A stretch of DNA of 64,000 nt from an uncultured delta proteobacterium (GTDB lineage Bacteria > Desulfobacterota > Syntrophobacteria > BM002), in NCBI GenBank assembly GCA_963712115.1, contig CAVQGX010000040.1, positions 11,562-75,561 on the forward strand. Direction: 5' to 3'. The notes under the pieces were generated by a model, which worked only from the letters and a program-made list of their open reading frames with translations, searched no databases and was not told the DNA's origin. Both the position numbers and the translations under genes were made by a program. Numbering within the stretch: the stretch's first letter is position 1; the number at the start of each line of letters is the position of its first letter. Below are positions 53,043-62,244 of the stretch, piece after piece.

Positions 53043-54131
53043 CTACTTCTTGTCCAATCGTTGTTTGACTGCTTTGATGAGGAAAGGCCAGGCCACAGTA
53101 GCATCACAAAGAACCTCGGCAAAACGGCCACCGTCCTCGGGAGCCACGAACTTTCCCCAGGAGACACCCTCCGAATAGGTACATCCGCTCAAACCTCCCC
53201 AGTATGCCGGTTCCGGGCATATTCGCACACCATAGCGAAATTTCTTGATGGGAAAGGACCTACCGCAGCGTTCTTCGAGAATTTCCAGATAAGGGCTCAC
53301 TTGCTGGGCCCAGTTGCGGGGAACCCCGCCGCCGATGGTAAATATTCCTAAGCGCTCTTCCTTCATCACTCGCCTGGTATACGAACTCAGATCCATAAAA
53401 GGATTGAAAATAATATCCACCTGATCGAGAGCTTGGTTTATGTCTAGATCCGGATCACCGGCCATTGCCTTTTTCACCATCCAGGTGCCCACGTCCAGCG
53501 CCAGCTCAGAATCCGTAAAGGCCGGGATGTAAATGGGCACATCCTTGCGATAGGCGTTCTGCAGTATTCCCGGTTTGTCGGTATTTTCTGCCAACCACTT
53601 ACCCAACTCGCGGCAAAATATCTCTGAACTGAGGGGTGCGGTAGTGTCCATCCTGTCTAAAATGCCACTGATTATCCTTTCTGCACGATCCAGGTTCTTT
53701 TCCAGTTCCAGGGTGTCATATATCCGGTTGTAACCCCGTCGATAGAGAGCAGCATCATCCAAGCGACGATCATGTTTGAAATGGGTCATGCCGGTGGCTT
53801 CCACAAACCCGTGGGCCATTAGCGCCCCAGTAGTGATGATCATGTCCAGCCAACCCCAGTCGATCATGTCGCAAATGAGGAGACCCATCTTTGCCACTGT
53901 CATGGCCCCTGAAAATGTGCCCACAACTAGACAGTCCGGATCGGAAACCATCTCCGTGAGTACCTCAGCCGCCTCACCTAGGTTCCTGCCGGTAAAGGCG
54001 GTCTTAGTCATTTGCCTAAATAGCTGATCGAAGTCTTCGGCTTTTTTTACATCCAAACTCTCTAACGGCTCCAAGCGGTCTTCCACGCCGTCACCGAAAT
54101 CAGCCGAGTGTCTCCTCGAGTCCTTGGTCAT
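53043..54131 (-). CDS. Deoxyhypusine synthase-family protein (possible homospermidine biosynthesis)
   Basis: PAFTDSE, IGGGVPRN, GGLSGCTYSEGVSWGK, DATVAWP. Confidence 0.88.
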   Translation of the reverse strand: MTKDSRRHSADFGDGVEDRLEPLESLDVKKAEDFDQLFRQMTKTAFTGRNLGEAAEVLTEMVSDPDCLVVGTFSGAMTVAKMGLLICDMIDWGWLDMIITTGALMAHGFVEATGMTHFKHDRRLDDAALYRRGYNRIYDTLELEKNLDRAERIISGILDRMDTTAPLSSEIFCRELGKWLAENTDKPGILQNAYRKDVPIYIPAFTDSELALDVGTWMVKKAMAGDPDLDINQALDQVDIIFNPFMDLSSYTRRVMKEERLGIFTIGGGVPRNWAQQVSPYLEILEERCGRSFPIKKFRYGVRICPEPAYWGGLSGCTYSEGVSWGKFVAPEDGGRFAEVLCDATVAWPFLIKAVKQRLDKK

Positions 54132-54225
54132 TTAATCTCCTTCCGAGAAGCCGGTAATCATCCTCCGGACTCCAAGCACTAAACAATCCAACCTCGCCTG
54201 TCAATTCATATTTCGCAGAGACAAG

Positions 54226-54434
54226 TCTGAGAATCCAGGAGTCAGGAGCCAGAATCCAGTAGGCAAATCGCATGGAACATAGGGTTGCAGGTTGGAGGAG
54301 CGCTCCGCTTTAGGTTGGAGGCACTATTCGTTTACTTCGTCCGATTTATTGCCTCAAACCTCTAACCTCAAACCTCCAACATCTTCTCGGTCGTCTGTCC
54401 TCTGTCATCTTATCCCCCGTCTCGCTCGTCTCGC
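54226..54434. repeat. Short tandem/inverted repeat mosaic
   Basis: caggagt/caggagc/cagaatc; aggttgg..cctcaaa/cctctaa inverted set; cgtctcgc units. Confidence 0.65.
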
Positions 54435-54439
54435 AATAC

Positions 54440-55363
54440 TTAACTCCCCAAACTTAGCCACAGAGTAAAAGTGACTGCCGAAACGAGCGTGGTAATGGAA
54501 ATGGCAGCCGTGGCCATGTCAGTATCTCCCGCCATTTCCGATGCCATCACATAGGACACGGTGGCCGTGGGCGAGGCCAGAAGGATGAGTGCAGGTAGAT
54601 ACTCTATTCTGTGCAGTTGCAGAAGATGAAATAGGATTAAGCCGGTTGCCGGAAGAAGCAGTAACTTCAAAACACCGATCAAGGCTGTAAGCCGCAGTTG
54701 CTCCCGCATCTGGGCGAAAGATATTGAGGTGCCTATTACCAGAAGGGCCAGGGGCAAGGCCATACCGCCCAGGATCTTTAGACTGCGATCCAAAATCACA
54801 GGCAGGTCCAGCCCCGTAAGCGAAAAAGCCATACCTGCCATGGCCGAAATTATCACAGGGTTGAGTAATACCCTGCGAACGAGAGAGAGCGTAGAAATTT
54901 TGTGGTCGGGCTCTTTGTTGAAACGACTGAGTGCCACTACAGCCAAAAAATTCTGCAACAACATGACAAACCCGGCGAGAATGCTGGCTCGAGTAAAGCC
55001 CTGGTCACCGAGGAAGTAAAAGGCTACAGCCAAACCAATATAACCAAGGTTGCCGTGGAAGCTGCATTGCAGAAAGCTCCCCACTCGGTAACGCTGCAAC
55101 TTAATTCCCCTAACCAGAATTAACCCGATTATAGCTACGAGAATCAAGGGCACCAGTGTTGTTGCCACCAGAACCAGGCTGAAATCTTGGACGAGCTCTG
55201 CCTCAGCAATTTCTCGAAAGATCATCGCCGGTATGGCTACATAGTAAACAAGCCGATTGGCGGGCTTGAGAAAGCCCTCCTTCATAAAATCCAACCGTCG
55301 CAAACTCCAGCCTAGCAGGATGATTGCAAAGATGGGCAAGATTGTTTTGAGAATATCGGCCAT
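54440..55363 (-). CDS. AEC (auxin efflux carrier) family transporter
   Basis: LVYYVAIPA, GNLGYIGL, NPVII, KLLLLP, SPTA; ~10 TMs. Confidence 0.9.
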   Translation of the reverse strand: MADILKTILPIFAIILLGWSLRRLDFMKEGFLKPANRLVYYVAIPAMIFREIAEAELVQDFSLVLVATTLVPLILVAIIGLILVRGIKLQRYRVGSFLQCSFHGNLGYIGLAVAFYFLGDQGFTRASILAGFVMLLQNFLAVVALSRFNKEPDHKISTLSLVRRVLLNPVIISAMAGMAFSLTGLDLPVILDRSLKILGGMALPLALLVIGTSISFAQMREQLRLTALIGVLKLLLLPATGLILFHLLQLHRIEYLPALILLASPTATVSYVMASEMAGDTDMATAAISITTLVSAVTFTLWLSLGS

Positions 55364-55652
55364 AAGACTTTTTTGGTGGGCACGGAGGCCCGGCGTTCAA
55401 ATGAGCTAAAGTGAACTAAATTGTCTAAAATGCCTAAAATAATAAAAAAACTGCCCTCCTATCGCAAGCAGCCTCCGGTCCAGAGAGGCCTAGGGCCTCT
55501 CCGAGTCGTAGACTCGCAAGAGTCGGAGACAGGAGGGAGTTTGCTCCTACAGAAAACTCACGCATTCTAGCACGGATGTGTTCACCTGAGAATTAAGAAA
55601 CAGGTCAATCAGTAGACAGCTCGCAGCTGACAACAGGCAGCAATTATATGAA

Positions 55653-55743
55653 GTGAGCAGTAAGCAGTAAACAGTAAGCGGTAGGTCTTGAGCAATCTAC
55701 CATGTGAGAAGTACACCGCTTACTGCTTACCGCTCACCGCTTA
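55653..55743. repeat. Inverted heptamer-repeat hairpin
   Basis: gtgagca gtaagca gtaaaca gtaagcg ... cgcttac tgcttac cgctcac cgctta. Confidence 0.75.
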
Positions 55744-55826
55744 GCTTCCCTCTCAGCTCTGCACCATGCTTTCTTCTACTAGACAATATGGGGCGCTTTT
55801 GATAAGAGTAGCCGTGGTAAAAAAAT

Positions 55827-55903
55827 CGGGACGTGGCTCAGCCTGGTAGAGCGCTGCGTTCGGGACGCAGAAGTCGCTGGTTCGAATCCAGTCGTCCCGA
55901 CCA
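55827..55903 (+). tRNA. tRNA-Pro (anticodon CGG)
   Basis: Cloverleaf: acceptor cgggacg/cgtcccg, D arm gctcagcctggtagagc, anticodon arm ctgcg-ttCGGga-cgcag, T loop gttcgaatc, 3' CCA. Confidence 0.97.
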
Positions 55904-55911
55904 TGAAAACA

Positions 55912-55943
55912 AAGGGGCTGACCAATTGGTCAGCCCCTTATTT
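55912..55943 (+). terminator. Rho-independent terminator after the tRNA
   Basis: aaggggctgacc-aatt-ggtcagcccctt followed by a T-rich tract. Confidence 0.75.
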
Positions 55944-56186
55944 ATCTATTTATATCGGGCTCCGCTGAGGCGTCCCAGCGTCTCCGTTCTCCCTCACCAA
56001 ACCGGGAGGGATGGTCACATTCAGAAGAACGTGGCGTCTATTTGCATTCTCAATGAGAATCCTGAGAATCTTATTTTTTCTTGGTAAAAGATCAATAATT
56101 TGTCAATCAAATTGTTTGAGGAATGGGAGATTTCTGGTGAGATTTGTTTCATAGGAAATTTGCTATTAAATGGCCGGGGTAGACGG

Positions 56187-56306
56187 ATGGATGAATCAAC
56201 GATTGGCCGCAGTCCAGATAATACAATCAGTCTTTTTGACAAAACTGTCTCGCGCAACCATGCCATGATTACGTTCCGAGAAGGAGCGTGGCTATTGGAG
56301 GAATGA
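56187..56306 (+). pseudogene. Truncated FHA-domain fragment
   Basis: TIGRSPDNTISLFDKTVSRNHAMI carries the FHA G-R and S-x-x-H motifs, then stops before the NGT motif. Confidence 0.65.
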
Positions 56307-56456
56307 AAAGGCTAATTCAAGCACACTCGCCCGCAAAAACTGTAATCTTAAATTTCTATCAAGAGCGGTTAGCAGACTTAAATACTAAGGTAGCGAGAGG
56401 CAGTTATTAATAAACTCTTGCTTTATTCTGGCTTTAATGATCAGGCAGACTGGAGG

Positions 56457-57164
56457 TCAGAAAATTCTTTCAGCGATACCATGAAGTCGTTGATAAACTC
56501 TAAAAACCAACGTATTCAGGAAACTAAGATTTTTGGCTACACTCTTGATATTGATTGTAGCATTTTTAATTGTATTTAAGTCCTTATCTGACAAATGCTT
56601 TTGATATTGACAAACATCTACCAATTTATTAATAATAAAGTCTAAATTGTCATCAATTGTCTCATTAACAGTATCCAATGTTTTTCTAATTGTACTTGCC
56701 ATTTCTTTTTTTATCACTTCTTCTCTCATCGTAATGAGGTCATCATAAATACTCTTGAAGCGCAGCACTGCTTTCACCCGCGCCTTAAGCTCTGGCAAAA
56801 AAAATGGCTTGGTAATATAGTCTATAGCTCCAGCCTCTAGACCTTTTATAATATCTTCTTTTTTGTCTCCCGAAGTTACCATGATCACTGGAATATAGCG
56901 TGTATTCTCATTGTCTTTCAGTATCTTGGTGGTCTGAACTCCAGTCATTTCTGGCATTAGGACATCCATCAGGATAACATCGGGTTTTTGAGTTTGGACC
57001 TTCGTTAGTGCCACAGCACCGTTGTGTGCAGTGAAAACATTGTAACCCTCAAGTTCAAGCTGGGTGTGGAGAAGGTCTCTTAATTCATTATCATCCTCTA
57101 CAACCAGAATCGTACTGGGTTGTTCCTGTGATCGTGAATTGATGGCCATGGTTTTCTCCATCAC
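56457..57164 (-). CDS. Response regulator (receiver + short helical C-terminus)
   Basis: ILVVEDD, ILMDVLMP, DYITKPF; no recognisable DNA-binding or enzymatic output domain. Confidence 0.88.
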   Translation of the reverse strand: MMEKTMAINSRSQEQPSTILVVEDDNELRDLLHTQLELEGYNVFTAHNGAVALTKVQTQKPDVILMDVLMPEMTGVQTTKILKDNENTRYIPVIMVTSGDKKEDIIKGLEAGAIDYITKPFFLPELKARVKAVLRFKSIYDDLITMREEVIKKEMASTIRKTLDTVNETIDDNLDFIINKLVDVCQYQKHLSDKDLNTIKNATINIKSVAKNLSFLNTLVFRVYQRLHGIAERIF

Positions 57165-57211
57165 TCGTAAAAGTTTGGTTTATTTGTAGCACCCCTTTTC
57201 ACTCTTGACCG

Positions 57212-57583
57212 TTACCCTTTTCTTGGACCTACCATTCTTCTGCTGCCGATGTCATGCAACCATAGAGGAAGTTTCGAGCATTTTCTGGGTGCAGAGCTCA
57301 TGTCAGAGAATTCAATGCCTATGTGTGTCCTGTAATCACCTCCATCATTTCCCATCATGTGTCTCACGATGTCGATGCACCCAATGCTTTCCCATGGAGG
57401 AGGAATAAAGATTTCGAGACGAACATTGCATCCCATTGGGGGTAGTCGCAATGACTTTTCTTTGAATCGTACTCTGAATCCAGAAAGCGAAATGTCCGTA
57501 GAAATTCCTTGAAAGACCCTGCGCTGAAACTGAATCGATAAACTGAAATTGGGTGAGAGTAAAAATCTTCCCGGGAATATCCT
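57212..57583 (-). pseudogene. Degenerate PilZ-domain gene
   Basis: Frame upstream of ORF 57212-57451 reads RIFPGRF...QGISTDISLSGFRV...VRH...IGIEF (DxSxxG and GIEF motifs); no start codon found before the DxSxxG motif. Confidence 0.55.
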
Positions 57584-57715
57584 ACTATACAGCCTCAGGA
57601 GGCCCTATTAGGAATTTAGGACATATACGTATTTTTCGTATTTATAGTGCCACAAATGCTTCCATTAGTAAAACTAGTTTAATGAGGGGCAAATGGGGGG
57701 TAAATCCACGTATTG

Positions 57716-59140
57716 CTAGATGGATAACAGGTGGGATCTGAGGTTGGCTTTTCGATTCACTAAGCCAATTTTCTTTCTTATATTTTTTCTGTGAAACTCA
57801 ACTGTCCTACTGGATACGTTAAGTAATGCTGCAATGTCTTTTGTGGTTTTCCCTTCCTTTACAAGATCTGCTATTTGAATTTCCGTAGGAGTAAGTTGCA
57901 TATTCTTGGCGGTCAGCCTGCGCACGAATGGTGCGACGATTTCGTTTAGATTTGATTCAAGGATATTCAGGTAAGCAGATTGCTTGGCAACCGATCCAGC
58001 TTTTCTCAATCTTTCCACGTAGGGTAAAATCAATTCTTTAACGTTGAGCTGGATTTTTTGTTCCAACTCCTCCTTGTCCTCATCCCTTCGTTTAAGTAAC
58101 ACTTTTAAGGCAGTATTCACTTCTTCGAGCTCACTAGTCTTAATCTCCAATTCAGCTTCTCTTTTCCTAAGTCGCTGCTCTATCTGCTTCCTTTCTTCTA
58201 TTTCCTGCTTCAGTTTCTTATTTAATCTCACAAGTTCGTCCGTTCGCTTCTTGAGTATGTCGTGCGCCTTTCGCAGTTCCTCCTCAGTCAGTTTTCGCTC
58301 ACTGATGTCTTCGAGTACAGCCATAACACTCTCAACATTGCCCTCGGCATCGTAGATAGGCGCCGTTGAGAGAGCAATATCGACCGATGTGCCGTCTTTT
58401 TTCTGGCGAACCACTTCAAGGCCTGTAAAGAGTTCCCCAAGTTGAAAGACGCGCCTGCGCAGGTTGCGGTGCTCTTCCTGTCTGTCCTCCGGGACTACAG
58501 GGTTGTATTTGCCTAGAACCTCCTCTTTACTCCAGCCAAAAAGACTTTCAGCCGCCGGGTTCCACAGGGTTACTAGTCCGTCAGACTGGATGATCATCAT
58601 GGACAGTGGGGAGGATTCAATGGCCGCTCGCAGCCTTTCTTCGCTTTTGCGTAGTGCTTGCTCGGCCCGTTTCCGCTCCGTGTGATCCCGTACAAATGCG
58701 AAGACGGCGGGTCTCCCTTGATACGTGATAGCGCCAGCGTTGACTTCGACCGGTATCTCGTGTCCATCTTTGTGTAGAAGAACCGTCTCGTATGCTTGTT
58801 CCACATCTTCTCCTGCCATACGTCGCTGATAGCGGTCGGCCACGCTAGGAACCTCGTCGGGGCGAATGTAATGCAAAAAATTAGTGTTTAGTAGCTCTTC
58901 AACAGTGCGACCATTCGCCCGCGCCAAACGACGGTTGGCAAATTTAATCATTCCGTCTTGAACAATGAGGATGCCATCAATCGCCTGTTCAACAAGAATG
59001 CGGTATTTCTCTTCGCTCTCGCGCAACGCTTCTTGGGACCGCTCGTGCTCGGCTTCCAGTGCTTCTAATTTGGCAATTTGCTGACGTAACTCCACCAATT
59101 CATTTATTAATTGTTTTTTTGTTTTTTTTTCGTCCTTCAT
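57716..59140 (-). CDS. PAS-PAS-LuxR transcriptional regulator
   Basis: Two PAS/PAC domains; LTPTEIQIA..GKTTKDIA..TVEFHRKNIRKK HTH. Confidence 0.9.
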   Translation of the reverse strand: MKDEKKTKKQLINELVELRQQIAKLEALEAEHERSQEALRESEEKYRILVEQAIDGILIVQDGMIKFANRRLARANGRTVEELLNTNFLHYIRPDEVPSVADRYQRRMAGEDVEQAYETVLLHKDGHEIPVEVNAGAITYQGRPAVFAFVRDHTERKRAEQALRKSEERLRAAIESSPLSMMIIQSDGLVTLWNPAAESLFGWSKEEVLGKYNPVVPEDRQEEHRNLRRRVFQLGELFTGLEVVRQKKDGTSVDIALSTAPIYDAEGNVESVMAVLEDISERKLTEEELRKAHDILKKRTDELVRLNKKLKQEIEERKQIEQRLRKREAELEIKTSELEEVNTALKVLLKRRDEDKEELEQKIQLNVKELILPYVERLRKAGSVAKQSAYLNILESNLNEIVAPFVRRLTAKNMQLTPTEIQIADLVKEGKTTKDIAALLNVSSRTVEFHRKNIRKKIGLVNRKANLRSHLLSI

Positions 59141-59752
59141 TTCGCTTACCTTCCGAAATAGTATCCAATTCAGAGAAGAAGTATCTGGCTGCTAAACTAT
59201 ACACCACTCGGGTGAGTCTGCCTCAAACCTAATTAACTAATCGACAAAGAATAAGTTGACCTTACAGAAAGAAGGTAAACGTATCAAGAAAAAGTCGGCT
59301 AAAAATATGGTGGATGAATTCGAAGGGGGTTGTCTTTTAGCACTTAGTGTAAGCCTTATTCAGCAGTGGGAAATTTTACGTATAAGATCGAGTTAACGAA
59401 ATGCCGCCTCCACTTATTGTATAGGGCCTCTTTTCCAGATTTTCCAATTATTTTTGTTCTTGATGTTTTAGGGCTTTGTTTGTATATATTTGTATATAAA
59501 TATTGCCAACATATACCACACGAAACATCCCTCCATAAAATGCAGTTCATCTGGTGGAGAGGGGCGCCCCAAGATGTTTACAAGTTTGGATCACACCGGG
59601 ACAATCAAAGTCTTCCAAGATTCTTGCAGGTTACCGGCGACTGCTGCGGCATCTGGCTGTTGTTTCACTCTGTCGAGCTTCTCCTCCTCAGTACTAACAA
59701 TGGCGAAATACTGTTAGTTTGTCCCTCTCTCGAAAGGGCTAGAGAGGTGGAA

Positions 59753-61435
59753 GTGGAAAACAAGACAAAAAGGCAACTCATCAGTGAGCTTGAGGAACTG
59801 CGCCAGAGGATTGGCGAACTTGATAAATCAGAAATAAAGCGCAAGCGAGCCGAGGAGTCGCTTCGGGCGGGTACAGCACTGCTCCGTACTGCAATAGACA
59901 ATTTGCCGTTCGACTTTTTTGTCATTGGAACGAATGGCTATTATGTCATGCAGAACTCTACTTGTAGAGAACGTTGGGGTGATTTGATTGGAAAACGGCC
60001 TGAGGATGTAGGTGTAGATGATGATGTATTGGCTCTTTGGCGAAACAACAATCGCCGGGCTCTTGCCGGTGAAGTGGTTCGGGGGGAGATTGAATTTCCT
60101 GTCGAAGGGCAACAGACGTCCAGTTATAACATCATTGCACCGATTCGTGATGGAGATCAAATACAAGGGATTTTAGGAATAAATATTGACATCACGGAGC
60201 GCAAACTGGCAGAGGAAGCCTTGCGAGAGAGTGAGCAACGCTACAGTAGTCTTTTCAAAAACAACCACTCAGTGATGCTCCTTATTGATCCAGAGAGTGG
60301 AGACATAGTAGATGCCAATCCAGCAGCTTGTTCTTTTTATGGCTGGAGCCAAGAAGAGCTTACCAGCAAGAAGATCACGGACATCAATATGCTCTCAAAC
60401 GAGCAAGTGTTCCAAGAAATGAAACGAGCAAAGTCTGGACAACGCCAGCACTTTTTATTCCGTCACCGTTTGGCGAGTGACGACGTTCGAGATGTTGAAG
60501 TATTCAGTGGTCCGATCATGCTCCATGGCAAGCCGCTCCTGTATTCTATTATTCACGACATTTCAGAACGCAAACGAGCTGAGGAGGCGCTGCGAGAGGA
60601 AAAGGAAAAATATCGGATTCTGGTGGAGGAATCTCCACTTGGAGTATCCATCATAGATGAGGAAGGTCATTACAAGTACATCAACCCTAAGTTTGTTGAG
60701 ATTTTCGGATATGGTTTGGAAGACATCCCCACAGGTCGCGAGTGGTTCAGAAAGGCGTATCCTAATGAGAAATACCGGAGGGAAGCCATCAGTAGTTGGA
60801 TCGCCGATCTTAAGACATCGAAGCGAGGCGAAGCCAGGCCAAGAGAATTTGTTGTTAGGTGCAAAGATGACTCTGAAAAAGTCATATACTTTCGACCAGC
60901 AACAATGGCGAATGGAAATCAGTTTGTTATTTACGAAGATATCACCGATCGCAATCACTCGGAGGAGGCGCTGCGAAAGAGTGAGGCTGAACTGCTAGAG
61001 AAATCGCACCATCTTGAAGAGGTCAATGCCGCACTAAAGGTGCTACTAAAACAAAGAGACGACGATAAAGTTGAGCTTGAGGAGAGTCTTTTGACAAATG
61101 TCGAGGCACTAATTTTGCCATACGTTGAAAAGCTGAAAAAGAGCCAATTAGAACCACACCAAACTACCCTTGTGAGCATTCTGGAATCACATCTTAGAGA
61201 CATCGTTTCCCCGTTTACTACTAAGTTGTCATCCAGATTTCTTAATCTTACTCCCACAGAAATCCAGGTCGCCAGTTTAATAAGAGTTGGGAAAACCAAC
61301 AAAGAGATCGCGGATTTGCTATATCTCTCCGTGAACACGATCCGTTCGCACAGATTTCATATTCGAAGTAAGCTCGACTTGAGAAACACAAAGATAAACC
61401 TCAGGACCTACCTCAGATCGCTAGAAAATGAATGA
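59753..61435 (+). CDS. PAS(x3)-LuxR transcriptional regulator
   Basis: GTG 59753 after GAGAGG; N-terminus KTKRQLISEL matches the divergent paralog; three PAS domains; LuxR HTH LTPTEIQVA. Confidence 0.88.
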   Translation: MENKTKRQLISELEELRQRIGELDKSEIKRKRAEESLRAGTALLRTAIDNLPFDFFVIGTNGYYVMQNSTCRERWGDLIGKRPEDVGVDDDVLALWRNNNRRALAGEVVRGEIEFPVEGQQTSSYNIIAPIRDGDQIQGILGINIDITERKLAEEALRESEQRYSSLFKNNHSVMLLIDPESGDIVDANPAACSFYGWSQEELTSKKITDINMLSNEQVFQEMKRAKSGQRQHFLFRHRLASDDVRDVEVFSGPIMLHGKPLLYSIIHDISERKRAEEALREEKEKYRILVEESPLGVSIIDEEGHYKYINPKFVEIFGYGLEDIPTGREWFRKAYPNEKYRREAISSWIADLKTSKRGEARPREFVVRCKDDSEKVIYFRPATMANGNQFVIYEDITDRNHSEEALRKSEAELLEKSHHLEEVNAALKVLLKQRDDDKVELEESLLTNVEALILPYVEKLKKSQLEPHQTTLVSILESHLRDIVSPFTTKLSSRFLNLTPTEIQVASLIRVGKTNKEIADLLYLSVNTIRSHRFHIRSKLDLRNTKINLRTYLRSLENE

Positions 61436-62244
61436 CATTATATCACTCCTTTGTCATGCTATTTCCAATCTTGTTCTTTTTGAAATTGCCTGCCAATATA
61501 GAACACATAAAGTATAGATTTCATCTTATCTGTCAAGCTTAGGTAGAATTTTAAAGATTCGGGCCGCACCTCTTTTCGAGTACTCGGATCTCATAGGGCG
61601 AGAGGCACCTTTGTTGCGCACCAGATCTTGTTTATTCTCCCGACATACAAGCCTGGAAACCTCCTTTTTTTCCAGATCGAGCTTTCTTTCCTCGAAAATT
61701 CACAGATTATTTATAGAAGATAAAGTCTTGCGAAGTGATAGCATGCGAGCAACCTGTACCAGACCCAGACGATCAGGACCTTCCAAGATTGTAGCGGTTT
61801 ACCAGCGACTGCTGCGGCTTCGGGCTATTGCTCCACTGTGGCAAACCTCTTCTTCGTACTGAAAATGACGGAAAGTATCGATTTTCTTCAATAGGCGTAG
61901 TTCATTATTTGTCGAAATAGAAAAATTTGTGATTACTAACAAAGGAGCTGGTGGAGGTAAAAGATCAGAAATGTGATCTACCTCTTCAAAACACCAGAAT
62001 ATGTTTTTCCACCTCTGCTAATCTTTAACAATAATTCCCGCCTGGCGCACACAGAAAGTCTGATTCTCGTCCATAGGTTTGACTGGACCGAGGCCTGCTG
62101 CTGACTAGCAATTTCCAGCAACCGATCACGGTCAAGTTATAGAAACGAGAAGGGCCTAATCAAGTTCTGACCCCATACTCTTATCTCGTTGGTGGGGAAC
62201 CATTAGTTCAGCTTATAACAGCAAAAAACACGAAAGGAGAAGAA

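Noticed and set aside
55833-56087. 84-aa ORF
   Set aside because: It overlaps tRNA-Pro and its terminator; spurious.
59366-59752. N-terminal 129 aa of the 689-aa PAS-LuxR ORF
   Set aside because: AT-rich and non-protein-like; paralog alignment and the RBS point to GTG 59753.
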